Shown: one piece after another, positions 48,016 through 58,989 of the stretch
How the letters are laid out: every line of letters starts with the position of its first letter
Numbering within the stretch: position 1 is the stretch's first letter
Assembly (NCBI GenBank): GCA_040830765.1
Contig: JBFOMH010000001.1
Span: forward strand, 1-64,000
DNA: 64,000 nucleotides
Origin: Puniceicoccaceae bacterium
GTDB taxonomy: Bacteria; Verrucomicrobiota; Verrucomicrobiia; Opitutales; Oceanipulchritudinaceae
Direction: 5' to 3'
Notes under the pieces: model-generated
Told to the model about the DNA's origin: nothing
Database searches by the model: none
Seen by the model: the letters and a program-made list of their open reading frames with translations, nothing else
Position numbers and translations under genes: made by a program

Positions 48016-48777
48016 CTATTCTGCCTCGTGCAGGATGGAGAGCTCGGGCAGGTAACGGAGAATCATGCTGTCCGTGCTTGTAAAAGAACTCTGGAAGGCC
48101 TTTAAGGTCGCTTCTGCTTCGTCCCCAAGTGCGCGTTGGATGAACTGCGGCATCGGCTCCTCCTCCGGCTCCATGTCGGCAAAGTCCTTGAATAACAAGG
48201 CCAGCGTGATGATGTTGCTTGGTTGGCCGTTTATCGGCATGTCGAAGACGTAATAAATTGGATAGTCGTGTTCAACGATTGCATTGTGGAATGCGTCCAC
48301 CCCCTGCATGAAGCTCTCCTTCATTCCCGGCTTGGTGTGATAGTGAATGATGGAAACCAGGCTGATCTCACTCATGTCGGGCATCCACCGAACATGCTTC
48401 TGGTCCAGACGGCCGATCCAACTGTGGGAATCCTCAACGTGCTCGCCTACCGTTTCCCAGAACATGTCACCGCCCTTTCCTCCAAATTCCGCATAGGCGT
48501 CCATATCCGCCCAGCTCACCGGTCCTGACCGGATGATACAGTCCCCGTCATCGACCCCATTCACAACACGATAGACCCACCATGTCCAGGGATCCCCGTT
48601 TTCCCTCCGCCAGGCGGCATGCTCGGCCAGGTCCGTGTAAAAGGCAGCAGCGTGTCCAGGCTTTATCTTGATGTGGTACATCTGGTTGACCTGCTCGCTT
48701 TCGGCCATGGCGGAGGTGGTACAGAGTCCAAGGGCCAGTGTTATCAATGTTCCTAACGTCAATTTGTGTAATCGCAT
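48016..48777 (-). CDS. Secreted hypothetical protein with internal two-fold repeat (possibly dimeric alpha+beta barrel)
   Basis: Signal peptide ending AMA; YHIKIKPG and YHTKPG halves; AAGGAG RBS. Confidence 0.65.
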   Translation of the reverse strand: MRLHKLTLGTLITLALGLCTTSAMAESEQVNQMYHIKIKPGHAAAFYTDLAEHAAWRRENGDPWTWWVYRVVNGVDDGDCIIRSGPVSWADMDAYAEFGGKGGDMFWETVGEHVEDSHSWIGRLDQKHVRWMPDMSEISLVSIIHYHTKPGMKESFMQGVDAFHNAIVEHDYPIYYVFDMPINGQPSNIITLALLFKDFADMEPEEEPMPQFIQRALGDEAEATLKAFQSSFTSTDSMILRYLPELSILHEAE

Positions 48778-48946
48778 GCTGTTGTCTCCTTTTGGATAGG
48801 TTGCTTTCTCGTAAAAGCTCAGTTTGGTCCCTGCACTGGTAGGTAGTCAAACTTATTGGTTTAATAAGGCACACTTATGCCTTCCCGGACCTGATTGCCT
48901 CATTTTTGCCTTTCACTCCCCTTCCGGCTGGGATTCAATGTTCTTT

Positions 48947-49591
48947 ATGAAAGCATTTCCGGGAACTGTCCTCATTCTCTCCATCGGTCTCCTGATCGGT
49001 GGTTGCCAATCCGCCTACTACGCCACAATGGAAAAATTCGGCGTGGAAAAGCGGGACATCATGGTAGACCGGGTTGAGGATGCCCGCGACGCCCAGGAGG
49101 AAACCAAGGAGGAGTTTGCCGATGCACTGGAACAGTTTTCGGCCCTCGTCAATTACGAGGGGGATGAGCTGGAGGAGGTCTACGACAAGCTGAAAGCGAA
49201 ATTTGAGGACAGTGAGGCGGCGGCGAATGAAGTTCGCGACCGCATCCGCAGCATCGAGAGCGTATCAACCGACCTTTTCAGGGAATGGGACGAAGAGATT
49301 GAGCAATATACCAGTGCCAACCTGAAGCGCATGAGCCGGGAGGCCCGTCTGCAGACAGAGGAAAGCTATCTCGTGCTGATCAAGAAAATGAAGGCTGCGG
49401 AAGCGACCATGTATCCGGTACTCGACCTGTTCCGGGATCAGGTCCTTTTCCTCAAGCACAACCTGAACGCCCGGGCCATTGCCTCTCTCGATACCGAGGC
49501 CAGTGCAATCGAAGAGGAAGTGCGGAAGTTGATAGAGGAAATGAATGCCTCAATCGCCGAGGCCGATGCCTTTATCGCCTCCATGAAGTGA
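48947..49591 (+). CDS. DUF2959 family lipoprotein
   Basis: GCQSAYYATMEKFGVEKRDIMVDRV; DQVLFLKHNLNARAI. Confidence 0.9.
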   Translation: MKAFPGTVLILSIGLLIGGCQSAYYATMEKFGVEKRDIMVDRVEDARDAQEETKEEFADALEQFSALVNYEGDELEEVYDKLKAKFEDSEAAANEVRDRIRSIESVSTDLFREWDEEIEQYTSANLKRMSREARLQTEESYLVLIKKMKAAEATMYPVLDLFRDQVLFLKHNLNARAIASLDTEASAIEEEVRKLIEEMNASIAEADAFIASMK

Positions 49592-50695
49592 AGCTGATTC
49601 CGGTGGTCGCGCAGTCCTGATGGCATGGGAAAGTCCCTTGGTCAGGCGGGCCAGGGTCAGGTAGTCGATTTTCTCAGGTGTGTCCTCAGCGGTGTGATAG
49701 GGATTGGGAACACGAAAATTGGCGGTGTCAGTCACCATCATTCCCTGGATGCCCCGTTCGATAAATGCTGAATGATCGCTGCGCATGACATCCCCGACAA
49801 TTTCCGTGGGAATACTCAGTCCTTCCGATGGGACAGTTCCCACCTCCCGGTAACGTCCAATAATCTGTGTTATAAAGGACCGGGAGGAATAATCCCCGAC
49901 GAAGGCGACAAAATTGCCTGCATCCGGAAAATAGAATTGCAGGGGAAAGGGATGCAGCTGGGAGCCCGGTTCGTCGCTGAAGTTACCCAAGGTTTCGAGG
50001 GAAATCATGCCGAAAGGAAGTGACTTCCCGTTGCCAACGCGCTCGGCCAGCAGCAGGTCGGCAAAATAGTCACTACCGGAGAATCCGGCCATGCTGGCGG
50101 GGTGCTCCTCGCAGGTAAAGGCCACCAGCAGGACCGATACCTCCGGCCCGGCTTTAAGAAGATTCCGGCCAATTTCCAGAAGGCAGGCAACGCCGGCAGC
50201 GTTGTCATATGCTCCCGGACATCCGGACACGGTGTCATAATGCGCTCCGACAACCAGCAATGCTTCCGGAACAACGGATCCGGGAATCCGCACCCAGAAG
50301 TTGGTTACCTTCTGGTTTTCTATTTCATAGCGGCCATAACGAACGCCCACCCTGGAGCGGGCATCAATACTGCCCCGGATGGTATCCGCATCGAGAATGT
50401 AGTCCTGGCGGGTGGGATTGAATCCCAATCCCCTGAATGCCTCCTCCACCCAGCGTCCGGCCTCGGCCAGTCCTGACGGATTATAGATGCTCCGGTCGTA
50501 GGAGAGTGCCTCAACATCAGCACGAAGCCGCTCGGCAGACTTCATGAGGCCGCTATCCGGTTCCGGCGGCGGCCCCTGGTACGATTTCCCCGGCATGCCG
50601 ACTACCTGAAGGACAAGGAACAGGTGGGCCGCCAGGATGGGAAGGACAACCACTGCGGCCAGGACCAGAATGATGCGCACCAACCACTTCGACAT
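49550..50695 (-). CDS. M28 family peptidase
   Basis: GAHYD, GAYDNAAG, FTCEE, RSDH, YHTAEDT. Confidence 0.88.
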   Translation of the reverse strand: MSKWLVRIILVLAAVVVLPILAAHLFLVLQVVGMPGKSYQGPPPEPDSGLMKSAERLRADVEALSYDRSIYNPSGLAEAGRWVEEAFRGLGFNPTRQDYILDADTIRGSIDARSRVGVRYGRYEIENQKVTNFWVRIPGSVVPEALLVVGAHYDTVSGCPGAYDNAAGVACLLEIGRNLLKAGPEVSVLLVAFTCEEHPASMAGFSGSDYFADLLLAERVGNGKSLPFGMISLETLGNFSDEPGSQLHPFPLQFYFPDAGNFVAFVGDYSSRSFITQIIGRYREVGTVPSEGLSIPTEIVGDVMRSDHSAFIERGIQGMMVTDTANFRVPNPYHTAEDTPEKIDYLTLARLTKGLSHAIRTARPPESASLHGGDKGIGLGD

Positions 50696-50858
50696 GGACC
50701 CAGCCTATGACGCAGGTTCCATTCGATCAATTGAATTATCCGGATGACGCGAAATTGGGGACGCGCAACCTGTTGACAGCGGGCCAGCAAATCCCTACAC
50801 CAGTATTTCGGTAAATAGCGGCCTTAACGCGGGTTTATTATCAAAAAAAGGATCAATC

Positions 50859-51161
50859 ATGGGTATTCTCGGATTTCTGGTACAGGTTGGGACAGCTTGT
50901 TGGGTTGTTTATTTGGGCTATGTGTTTGATTTGAACTTTATCATTCTGCTTCTCGCTCCCCTCGGCTTTATCTTTGGCCATGTCATCAAGACAAATGCCC
51001 GCTCCTCGTCCAAGAAGAACGAGCGCGGATTCAACGCCATCTCCGGGTTCTTCTCCGGCTATTTTGTTGGCTTGGTTGCCGTGGCTATCTTCTTCGGAAT
51101 TGGTTACGGACTGTTCCATATTCTGGAGATGCGTCCGGCAGAGGGCGTGGGTCGCTATTAG
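50859..51161 (+). CDS. Small membrane protein
   Basis: About 3 hydrophobic segments; AAAGGA RBS; upstream TTGACA. Confidence 0.55.
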   Translation: MGILGFLVQVGTACWVVYLGYVFDLNFIILLLAPLGFIFGHVIKTNARSSSKKNERGFNAISGFFSGYFVGLVAVAIFFGIGYGLFHILEMRPAEGVGRY

Positions 51162-51205
51162 CATTTCTTAAAGCCAATCAACCGATCGGTCATCACTCTC
51201 CCAAT

Positions 51206-52702
51206 ATGCCGGCCCGCTACATACTCGCGATTGACCAGGGAACGACCAGTTCCCGGGCCATTCTTTTTGACCATTCGGGCAGTATCCACGCTCTGGCACA
51301 ACAGGAGTTCAAGCAGCATTATCCACAGCCCGGCTGGGTGGAACATGATCCGGAGGACATCTGGAAAAGCCAGTGTGCCGTCATCGAACAGGTCCTATCG
51401 GAGTCCGGCACTGGAAAAGATGAGATTGCAGGCATCGGCATCACCAACCAGCGGGAAACAACGGTTGTCTGGGACCGCCATACCGGACAGCCGATTCATC
51501 GGGCCATCGTCTGGCAAGACCGCCGAACCGCCAGCATGTGCGAGGAACTGAAGCGCGAAAAGCTCGAACCTATCTTCCGCGAAAAATCCGGCCTCTTGCT
51601 CGATCCGTACTTTTCAGGAACGAAACTCAGCTGGCTCCTCACTCATGTTGAGGGGGCTGCAGAACGGGCGGCGGCTGGCGATCTGCTTTTTGGAACCATC
51701 GACAGCTGGCTGGTTTGGAAGTTGACCAATGGTCAGGTCCATGTGACCGACGTGACAAATGCCAGCCGGACCCTCCTGATGAACATCCAAACCGGGCAGT
51801 GGGATGAGGAGCTGCTCCAGATTCTTGGTATTCCCGGGGAGGTCCTGCCGTCCATCTGCTCCTGCAGTGAAATTCTGGGGATGGTGGAGACCGTGTCCGG
51901 TATCGAGGGCCTTCCTATCGCCGGTATCGCTGGTGATCAGCAGGCTGCCCTTTTTGGCCAGGCCTGCTTTGAACCGGGGATGGTCAAAAACACCTATGGG
52001 ACCGGTTGCTTCCTTTTGATGAACACAGGGAACGAAGCGATCCCCTCCCGGAATAACCTATTAACAACCGTTGCCTGGGGACTGGATGGAAAGCTGACCT
52101 ATGCTTTGGAGGGTTCGGTCTTTATTGGCGGGGCGGTCGTCCAGTGGCTCCGGGACGAACTTGGCATTATCCAGTCTGCGCAGGAATGTGACCAGTTGGC
52201 TGAGACCGTTGAGACTAGCGAAGGACTTTTCATTGTACCGGCCTTCACTGGACTCGGGGCACCCCACTGGGATCCCTACGCCAGGGGCATTGCCGTGGGC
52301 ATTACCCGAGGGACCAACAAGGCGCACTTTTGTCGGGCGGCACTGGATTCGATTGCCTACCAGTCCGCGGACCTGATCACCAGTATGGAAAAGGACAGCG
52401 GGCTGCACCTGAAGGAACTGCGCGTTGACGGTGGGGCCTCGCGCAGCAATCCGTTGCTGCAATTCCAGGCCGACCTGTTGCAGGCCGATGTAGTCCGTCC
52501 GGAATGTATTGAGACCACCGCCTTGGGAGCTGCCTACCTAGCCGGTCTTGCCGTTGGTTTCTGGAACAGTCGTGAGGACATTATCGAAAATTGGCAGGAA
52601 GCGTCCCGCCACCAACCGGGAATCAGGCTGTCGGATGCAGCGAAAAGTCAGTCCCAATGGGCTCGGGCAGTTGAGCGTTCCAAGGGTTGGGAAGGGGCTT
52701 GA
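51206..52702 (+). CDS. glpK: Glycerol kinase
   Basis: [49 protein letters not shown]. Confidence 0.97.
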   Translation: MPARYILAIDQGTTSSRAILFDHSGSIHALAQQEFKQHYPQPGWVEHDPEDIWKSQCAVIEQVLSESGTGKDEIAGIGITNQRETTVVWDRHTGQPIHRAIVWQDRRTASMCEELKREKLEPIFREKSGLLLDPYFSGTKLSWLLTHVEGAAERAAAGDLLFGTIDSWLVWKLTNGQVHVTDVTNASRTLLMNIQTGQWDEELLQILGIPGEVLPSICSCSEILGMVETVSGIEGLPIAGIAGDQQAALFGQACFEPGMVKNTYGTGCFLLMNTGNEAIPSRNNLLTTVAWGLDGKLTYALEGSVFIGGAVVQWLRDELGIIQSAQECDQLAETVETSEGLFIVPAFTGLGAPHWDPYARGIAVGITRGTNKAHFCRAALDSIAYQSADLITSMEKDSGLHLKELRVDGGASRSNPLLQFQADLLQADVVRPECIETTALGAAYLAGLAVGFWNSREDIIENWQEASRHQPGIRLSDAAKSQSQWARAVERSKGWEGA

Positions 52703-52762
52703 ACCCCACAACCGGGTTCTATCAAGGCATGTCAGGAATTTCCTCCTGTCTCCGCCAAGGTC

Positions 52763-54118
52763 TTACTGCCCAGTGGCTATTGCTTCTGAATCCTGCCAAA
52801 TGACCTTGTTGCTTAACTGGTCGTCGAGCGTATCGCCCCGCACCCCATCCGTGTAGATAAAGGAAGGATATGCAGGCATCTGATTGAAGCCGGTGGGTCG
52901 CTCGATGTTTGGCATCCAGCGGGGGGACTCCGGATCCGGTTGATGCAGCACGACAGACTTGAATGTGTTCGCACCGTCCGGGGATCGGAAGCAGACCAAC
53001 TCGGTTGTCGGATGACCCCACTCATGTTCGTCGATTGGTACCTGCATCACTGTCCCGACAAGTGTTGGCTGACCGGAGGAACCGAAGGCAATGCCTCCGT
53101 GCATGAACAGGTCCCAATCACGGAATTCCGAGGGCAAAAACGGGTTCAGGTGCAGATTCTTCCAGCCACCCTCTTCCATGGGCGATGCAAGATATGCCTG
53201 GCAGGATTCCTGAATTCGCACCCCGTAAGGCAGGTAGGGTTTGCCTGCCTCGTCCACCCCAATGGAACCGGCATGGAGGATGCGATTTTCCCTTCCGTTT
53301 CCACGCGCGATGATGTCTGCCGTATCCGCCGTGGCCGGTAGCTCAACCTGTTTTCCATTGCTCAGAAACCAAGTCTTTCCGCTATTCGGGCTGACGAGAT
53401 AGGCAACGGTGCTGAGAGCGACTTTCATGTCGTCTTCCGGCATTTCATAGATGCGGGTACCGAGATGGAGCGTCTGGTGGTCGGGACCCCAGGCAAGGGA
53501 TGCCGCAAACTGGGCATAAATGCCATGTCGCGAACGCAGGATGGCCCCTTGACGCTGCCATGCCTCACCGGGCGGCTTGCGCCACAACTCCAATTCCCAT
53601 GGTTGTTCGTCGTAGCTGCGCCGGGCAACCATAATGAGCGTCCCATCCTTGGCGCAGACAAGGGCCGGATAGGTTAGGTTCGTGCCAAACTCTTCATAAT
53701 CGGTCCACTCGGAAGCATCATTAGGGCGAACGGAACGGCGATACCGGAACGGATGGTGGTGGGAATAATAAAGGACATGCAAGTACCCGTGCTGGTCGAT
53801 TGTCAGTGCCGGCCCACCATGATTGTCGGTGGCCTCTCCAATTGTCCAAACCTCCGACCATGCTCCGCTTTCCTGGTCAAGGGTCCTGGTCCGTACCCGG
53901 AAACCTTCGGATGGCGAGTCCAGCCAGGCGACGTGGGTTTTTCCTGAAAATGAGACGATTTTGGGTGATTCGAGATAAGCGGTGGCCCGTCCTGAACCTT
54001 CCTCGGAAAGGGTGAACGATACTCCCTCCAGACCAAAGGGAACTCCCTGTAAGATTAGATAATAGCTGAACCAGCGTACCGTTCTTTTAAGAAATCGTTC
54101 AGGAATATAAATCATCAC
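52763..54118 (-). CDS. BNR-repeat (sialidase-like) beta-propeller protein
   Basis: DNHGGPAL, LTYPAL, Asp-boxes SPNSGKTW and SPDGANTF. Start codon uncertain. Confidence 0.75.
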   Translation of the reverse strand: MMIYIPERFLKRTVRWFSYYLILQGVPFGLEGVSFTLSEEGSGRATAYLESPKIVSFSGKTHVAWLDSPSEGFRVRTRTLDQESGAWSEVWTIGEATDNHGGPALTIDQHGYLHVLYYSHHHPFRYRRSVRPNDASEWTDYEEFGTNLTYPALVCAKDGTLIMVARRSYDEQPWELELWRKPPGEAWQRQGAILRSRHGIYAQFAASLAWGPDHQTLHLGTRIYEMPEDDMKVALSTVAYLVSPNSGKTWFLSNGKQVELPATADTADIIARGNGRENRILHAGSIGVDEAGKPYLPYGVRIQESCQAYLASPMEEGGWKNLHLNPFLPSEFRDWDLFMHGGIAFGSSGQPTLVGTVMQVPIDEHEWGHPTTELVCFRSPDGANTFKSVVLHQPDPESPRWMPNIERPTGFNQMPAYPSFIYTDGVRGDTLDDQLSNKVIWQDSEAIATGQ

Positions 54119-54245
54119 AAAGGAGCATTAAGAAGGTACTGGATATGTGATCCCGGTGTGAATGGTACCGGTATTTTACGGTAACAAGGGAAACCCACTG
54201 CCTGTTGCCGTTGCATCGCCTTGAATGAATGGACATTCTCTCCTC

Positions 54246-55883
54246 ATGCTTGGTCTGCATCCCATCGATATCCTGGTTCTTCTGGCCTACCTTGCTGGCG
54301 TGACGGCACTGGGATTCTTCTCCATCCGCAAGGTCAAGGTGGTCAGTGACTTCATCATGCCGCGCCGTTTCGGCAAATGGATGCTGCTCATGCACGCCTT
54401 TGGCAGCGGAACCCATTCCGACCAGGCGGTGGCCGTTGCCTCCAAGACCTATACCAGCGGACTCTCGGGGATCTGGTACCAGTGGCTGTATCTCTTCGGG
54501 ACCCCGTTTTACTGGCTTATCGCCCCGGTGTTGCGGCGCTTCCGGGCCCTGACAACAGCGGACATCTTTGAACTGCGTTTTAACCGCAGCGTGGCCACCC
54601 TGTACGCCATCATCAGCATCGCGATGATGATCACCACCATCGGGCTGATGCTGAAAGGCTCGGGAGCCGTCATCGCCGGGGCCAGTGGAGGAGCCATTTC
54701 CTCCAATACCGCGATTATCCTGATGACCGTCCTCTTTGTTGCCTATGGGACAGCCGGTGGATTGGGGGCGGCTATCCTGACGGATTTTGTCCAGGGCATC
54801 CTGACCATCATTTTTTCCATCATCCTGCTCCCTTCAGTTTTGATCGCTGTTGGCGGAATGGATGGCGTCCGGGCAACGATCCAGGATCCGCACATGTTTT
54901 CCCTTGCTGCTCCGGAGGGAATCGGGGTGTTTTACATCGCGATTATCTCCATCAATGCGCTGGTGGGGATTGTTACCCAGCCCCACATTTTGGCCAACTG
55001 CGCCGCCGGGCGTACCGAACGGGAGGGGCAATTCGGCTTTATGGCCGGTAGCCTGACCAAGCGTTTCTGCACAGTGGCCTGGTGCCTCACCGGTCTGGCC
55101 GGAGTGGCCTACTTCGCCGGCCAGGAGATTCATCCCGACCACCTCTACGGACTGCTGGCCAACGAATTTCTTCCCGCCCTGCTGCCAGGAGCCCTTGGTT
55201 TGTTCATCGCCACCCTCCTGGCCTCCGTCATGAGCTCCTGCGACTCCTTCATGATTGCTGCTTCCGCCCTCTTTACGCGGAATGTCTACAAGCCGGCCAT
55301 GCCCGGCAAAAGTGACAAGCATTACTTGGTCGCCGCTCGGGTCGCCTCCGTCTGTGTCGTCGTCCTGGGCGTCCTCTATGCTTACTGGCTGGACGGGGTT
55401 ATCCAAGGCCTGGAAATTCTCTGGAAAATCGGCCCCATGATGGGCATTGCCTTCTGGCTCGGCCTTTTCTGGCGCCGGACCACCCCGTCGGGGGCCTTGG
55501 TCTCCGCCTTGGCAGCCCTGGCCATGTGGTGGGTCGGGTCGCATGTCATCACCGACATGAGCCTGCCCTGGCAAATGATCCTTTACCTCTCCGTCGGATT
55601 GATAGCCGGGATCGGGGTAAGTCTCTTTACCAAGCCGACAAATCCAGAGAACCTGGAACGCTACTATGCTCTCCTGCGCACACCGGTCCTGACGGAGGAA
55701 GGCAACCCCGGGGAGCCCTGCCAGATTCCGCAAGGCATGATCCCACTCCCCCGCCGGGTGATTTTCCCCTCCACCCAACTGGAGATTCCCGTCCCTTCAA
55801 AGCGGGCCCTTTCCGGGTTTCTCATTGGCTGGTTCTGTGTCATCACGATCATCCTTGGTGTCTACTGGATTTCCATCGGTTAA
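54246..55883 (+). CDS. Sodium:solute symporter family transporter
   Basis: GLSGIWYQW, GGLGAAILTDFVQG, ASVMSSCDS. Confidence 0.92.
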   Translation: MLGLHPIDILVLLAYLAGVTALGFFSIRKVKVVSDFIMPRRFGKWMLLMHAFGSGTHSDQAVAVASKTYTSGLSGIWYQWLYLFGTPFYWLIAPVLRRFRALTTADIFELRFNRSVATLYAIISIAMMITTIGLMLKGSGAVIAGASGGAISSNTAIILMTVLFVAYGTAGGLGAAILTDFVQGILTIIFSIILLPSVLIAVGGMDGVRATIQDPHMFSLAAPEGIGVFYIAIISINALVGIVTQPHILANCAAGRTEREGQFGFMAGSLTKRFCTVAWCLTGLAGVAYFAGQEIHPDHLYGLLANEFLPALLPGALGLFIATLLASVMSSCDSFMIAASALFTRNVYKPAMPGKSDKHYLVAARVASVCVVVLGVLYAYWLDGVIQGLEILWKIGPMMGIAFWLGLFWRRTTPSGALVSALAALAMWWVGSHVITDMSLPWQMILYLSVGLIAGIGVSLFTKPTNPENLERYYALLRTPVLTEEGNPGEPCQIPQGMIPLPRRVIFPSTQLEIPVPSKRALSGFLIGWFCVITIILGVYWISIG

Positions 55884-55892
55884 CTTGTATCC

Positions 55893-57293
55893 ATGAATAA
55901 CTACATGAAAAAGTTTCTTCATCACTCGCCTCAAATCATTGCTTTGGCGCTGGCCCTTGTTGTGACCGGCCTACCTCTTCCCGCAGGTGTTCCCGTCCGG
56001 TTGTTCAACCCGGATTACCTTGAAGGGGACTGCAGCTACCACAGCCTGACCGCGGCATCTGACGGCAGGATTTACTTCACCATCGGCACCCATCACGACC
56101 AGTCGGCGGCGCGGATTTACCGGTTTAACGCATCCAGTGAGTCCATTGATGAAATTGGCGACCTGACCGAGATCCTCGGGGATAATCCATCGAGACAAAT
56201 CCTCCACGGAAAGATTCACACACCACTGATCGAGGATGAGGGTTACCTCTACTTCTCCACCCACACATCCTCCTATGATGGAAACCTGCCAAATATCCGT
56301 CCAGCGGATGGACGAGCCCCCTACCCGGGCGGATTCCTCATGCGTTATGAACTGGCTTCCGGAACCTACGAGAAACTGGCTCAACTTCAGCTGCCCAGCG
56401 AGGGCATCATCACTCTGACGATGGATACTGCCGGAGACACCCTCTATGCCCTGACCTGGCCGACAGGGCTCCTTCTCAGCTACAATCTGGAGGAGGGCCT
56501 TCTTTTGAATTGGGGAGCTGTGCAGGAACGTGGAGAATGGGGCCTTTTGCCGGGCGAATGGAGTTTCATCTGTCGCCGACTGGCGATGGATGATGCCGGC
56601 AACCTGTTCGGCTCGACGGACACCGGACGGGTGTGGAAATTTAACAATGGTCTGCAACGTCCAGTTGAGTATCTGCCGGGATTGAATGTAGCCGATGTGG
56701 CACCTGCCCAGGAGAGCGCGTTTGAATTACTGCCGGAACCGCATTATTTCTGGTTCAACTGGCGGACTATCCTCTGGAACCCCAACACCGCCAGCTTCTG
56801 GGGCTTGCAGGGAGGCAGTACCCAATTGTTTGAGTTTGATCCCAGCGACCAATCCCTGCAATCGGTACATTCCATGCGGCCGACTACCGTAACTGCCGAC
56901 TCGCGGCGTAATCCATTCCGCACCCAATTGGGTTTTGCCCTTTGTCCGGACAACACTCTCGCCTACCTTGCCCACGCGCCGGGCATCGAAACCGAAGGCC
57001 GTGAGACCTTGGCCACCTCTGTCCACTTGCTGACCTATGCCATTGATTCGGGTGAATTTACGGACCACGGGCCATTAATGGCGGCCAATGATTCCCGGGT
57101 CTTTTTTGCCGAAAGTCTTGAACTGGGCCTCGACGGTCATCTCTACACCGTTGCCTGGGTGGAAAGCACGGATCCGGCGAAGCGCGAAGCCGTTCAAAAG
57201 GCCCGAGGCAAAGCAGCACCCAAGGAAACAGAGGAAGTCATCTACGAAATCCAGTTGGTCCAGTTGCCGAAGTGGGACGAGCTGATGGATTAA
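55893..57293 (+). CDS. Secreted beta-propeller-like protein
   Basis: Signal peptide; ASDGRIYF, HGKIHT, YPGG, repeated propeller-blade-like strands. Confidence 0.7.
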   Translation: MNNYMKKFLHHSPQIIALALALVVTGLPLPAGVPVRLFNPDYLEGDCSYHSLTAASDGRIYFTIGTHHDQSAARIYRFNASSESIDEIGDLTEILGDNPSRQILHGKIHTPLIEDEGYLYFSTHTSSYDGNLPNIRPADGRAPYPGGFLMRYELASGTYEKLAQLQLPSEGIITLTMDTAGDTLYALTWPTGLLLSYNLEEGLLLNWGAVQERGEWGLLPGEWSFICRRLAMDDAGNLFGSTDTGRVWKFNNGLQRPVEYLPGLNVADVAPAQESAFELLPEPHYFWFNWRTILWNPNTASFWGLQGGSTQLFEFDPSDQSLQSVHSMRPTTVTADSRRNPFRTQLGFALCPDNTLAYLAHAPGIETEGRETLATSVHLLTYAIDSGEFTDHGPLMAANDSRVFFAESLELGLDGHLYTVAWVESTDPAKREAVQKARGKAAPKETEEVIYEIQLVQLPKWDELMD

Positions 57294-58081
57294 AGCAGGG
57301 AGGCCGATTCCGGCTCCAGGAATAACCTCGCCCGGGAATGGCGCCGCATCAAGGTCGCCGGGCATTCCGTACCAATGGGCCCTAACAGGGTGTTGGCAAC
57401 GGCCTGGGCCTTCGTCCTCGCAGGGACGACACAACTCAAGCAATGGGCCTGGACAAAAACGCTGAGGGTTAGCGTGATGGCGTGCGTAGGAACAGACTCC
57501 AGATCGGGAAAGCATCCATCATTGACCTGCTGCTGGCGGCAGACCGTATCCATCTCAACCACTTTGACCAAACGCGGATCCTCAAAGTCAGCTACTGGCG
57601 GATCATTAAAGGCCAGATGCCCGTTTTCGCCAATCCCACAGCAGGCCAGGTCAATTGGCGCTTCGGCAAGAAGCTCTTCGAGGCGACGACACTCCGCTTC
57701 CGGGTCTCCAGCCTCCCCCTGAATGGCATGGAACGCCTTAACGGGTATCTTAGAGATGAAGTGCTCCTGCTGATACTTACGGAAACTCTGCGGGTGGTCA
57801 CCCGCAAGCCCGATGTATTCGTCCATGTGAAAAACGACCACACGTGACCAGTCGACATCCGGCTCAACCGTCGCAGCGACAAGATTGGCGAAAAACTCGT
57901 CTTGCGAGGGCGCGCTGCCAACGACAATACGCACCTCCTCCTGATCCTGCAGCAGTTTGTTGAGGATATCCTTTACATGGACAGCCGCGGCACGTCCCAT
58001 GGTCTCGCGGTTGGCGTAGACGGCCGCCTTGAGGAGATCTGCCTGCAGGAGCCTTAGGGGTTCTTGCGTGAATTCATTCAT
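57290..58081 (-). CDS. nagB: Glucosamine-6-phosphate deaminase/isomerase family protein
   Basis: FHMDEYIG, GIGENGHLAFNDP, CPATL; ATGA overlap with the upstream gene. Confidence 0.82.
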   Translation of the reverse strand: MNEFTQEPLRLLQADLLKAAVYANRETMGRAAAVHVKDILNKLLQDQEEVRIVVGSAPSQDEFFANLVAATVEPDVDWSRVVVFHMDEYIGLAGDHPQSFRKYQQEHFISKIPVKAFHAIQGEAGDPEAECRRLEELLAEAPIDLACCGIGENGHLAFNDPPVADFEDPRLVKVVEMDTVCRQQQVNDGCFPDLESVPTHAITLTLSVFVQAHCLSCVVPARTKAQAVANTLLGPIGTECPATLMRRHSRARLFLEPESASLL

Positions 58082-58989
58082 GAGAGAGAGAGATTGAAGT
58101 GTTCGGCAGCAGTCGATGAACAAATTTCTACGACTTTACCCCGTGGGAGGTCGAGCCACTTAACGGCATTGTCCACAGCCTGGTCCATGGTCAGGGAAGA
58201 TCCCGCAAAACGGGTGTCTCCGGGTAAGTGGACAACTCCATCAGACCCGACGTCCATCTCATGTGGACCGATCCGGTAGCGCCCGGGAGGTCCACCGGCG
58301 GCGGACATGCAGTCAGTCGTGAAGAAGACATTCCCCTTTTTTGCATTGTAGAAGTTTTTCAATACAAAGGGCGGAAGATGAATGCCGTCGGGGATGAGGC
58401 AAGCGATCAGGGCATCCCGGGAAAGAAGGCGCTGGATGACATTGTCATGGCGGTCCATGATTGAAGGCACCGCGTTGCCCAGGTGGGTCGCGAGGGTCGC
58501 GCCGCATGCAATGGCGGTATCGATGGCCTCCATTGACGGATTGCAATGCCCAAGGGCAATACGCACACCGTCGGAGCAGGCATTTTCAATCAAATCCGGG
58601 CTTCCTGGAAGTTCGGGAGCAAGGGTGAGCAGTTTCAAATTTCCACCGGCAGCATCCTTCAGGCGCTGGTAATCATCAAGGGATGGCTGACGGGCCAACT
58701 CCACCGGATGGGCACCGTGGTATCCCGGTTCTTTTGAAATCCATGGACCCTCAAGGTGATAACCGGCGATGGTCTGCGCAAGCAGTGGATCCTGTTCACG
58801 GAATGTCTCTATCCGCTCCAACTTGCGACAGAGGTTCTCCACTTCATCCGTGATCAAGGTGAGGAAAATGGCTACTGTTTGATGGGCATGAAGGGCATCA
58901 GCCGCCTTTCCTAGCTCCTCCATGGTCAAATTGTCGGACTGGAAATCCACCCCGGCAAACCCGTTCACCTGAAAGTCAAATAGCCGCAT
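58078..58989 (-). CDS. nagA: N-acetylglucosamine-6-phosphate deacetylase family protein (short form)
   Basis: DFQVNG, HLEGPWI, TLAPE, ALGH, THLGNA, DGIHL, FAGS. Confidence 0.85.
   Translation of the reverse strand: MRLFDFQVNGFAGVDFQSDNLTMEELGKAADALHAHQTVAIFLTLITDEVENLCRKLERIETFREQDPLLAQTIAGYHLEGPWISKEPGYHGAHPVELARQPSLDDYQRLKDAAGGNLKLLTLAPELPGSPDLIENACSDGVRIALGHCNPSMEAIDTAIACGATLATHLGNAVPSIMDRHDNVIQRLLSRDALIACLIPDGIHLPPFVLKNFYNAKKGNVFFTTDCMSAAGGPPGRYRIGPHEMDVGSDGVVHLPGDTRFAGSSLTMDQAVDNAVKWLDLPRGKVVEICSSTAAEHFNLSLS

Noticed and set aside
54162..54186. TGGTACCGGTA LacI-like site between the BNR and SSS genes
   Set aside because: Only the 8-bp core is palindromic and no regulator is adjacent, so support is insufficient.
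54834..55778. 314-aa ORF antisense to the SSS transporter
   Set aside because: Typical stop-poor shadow frame of a GC-rich membrane protein gene.
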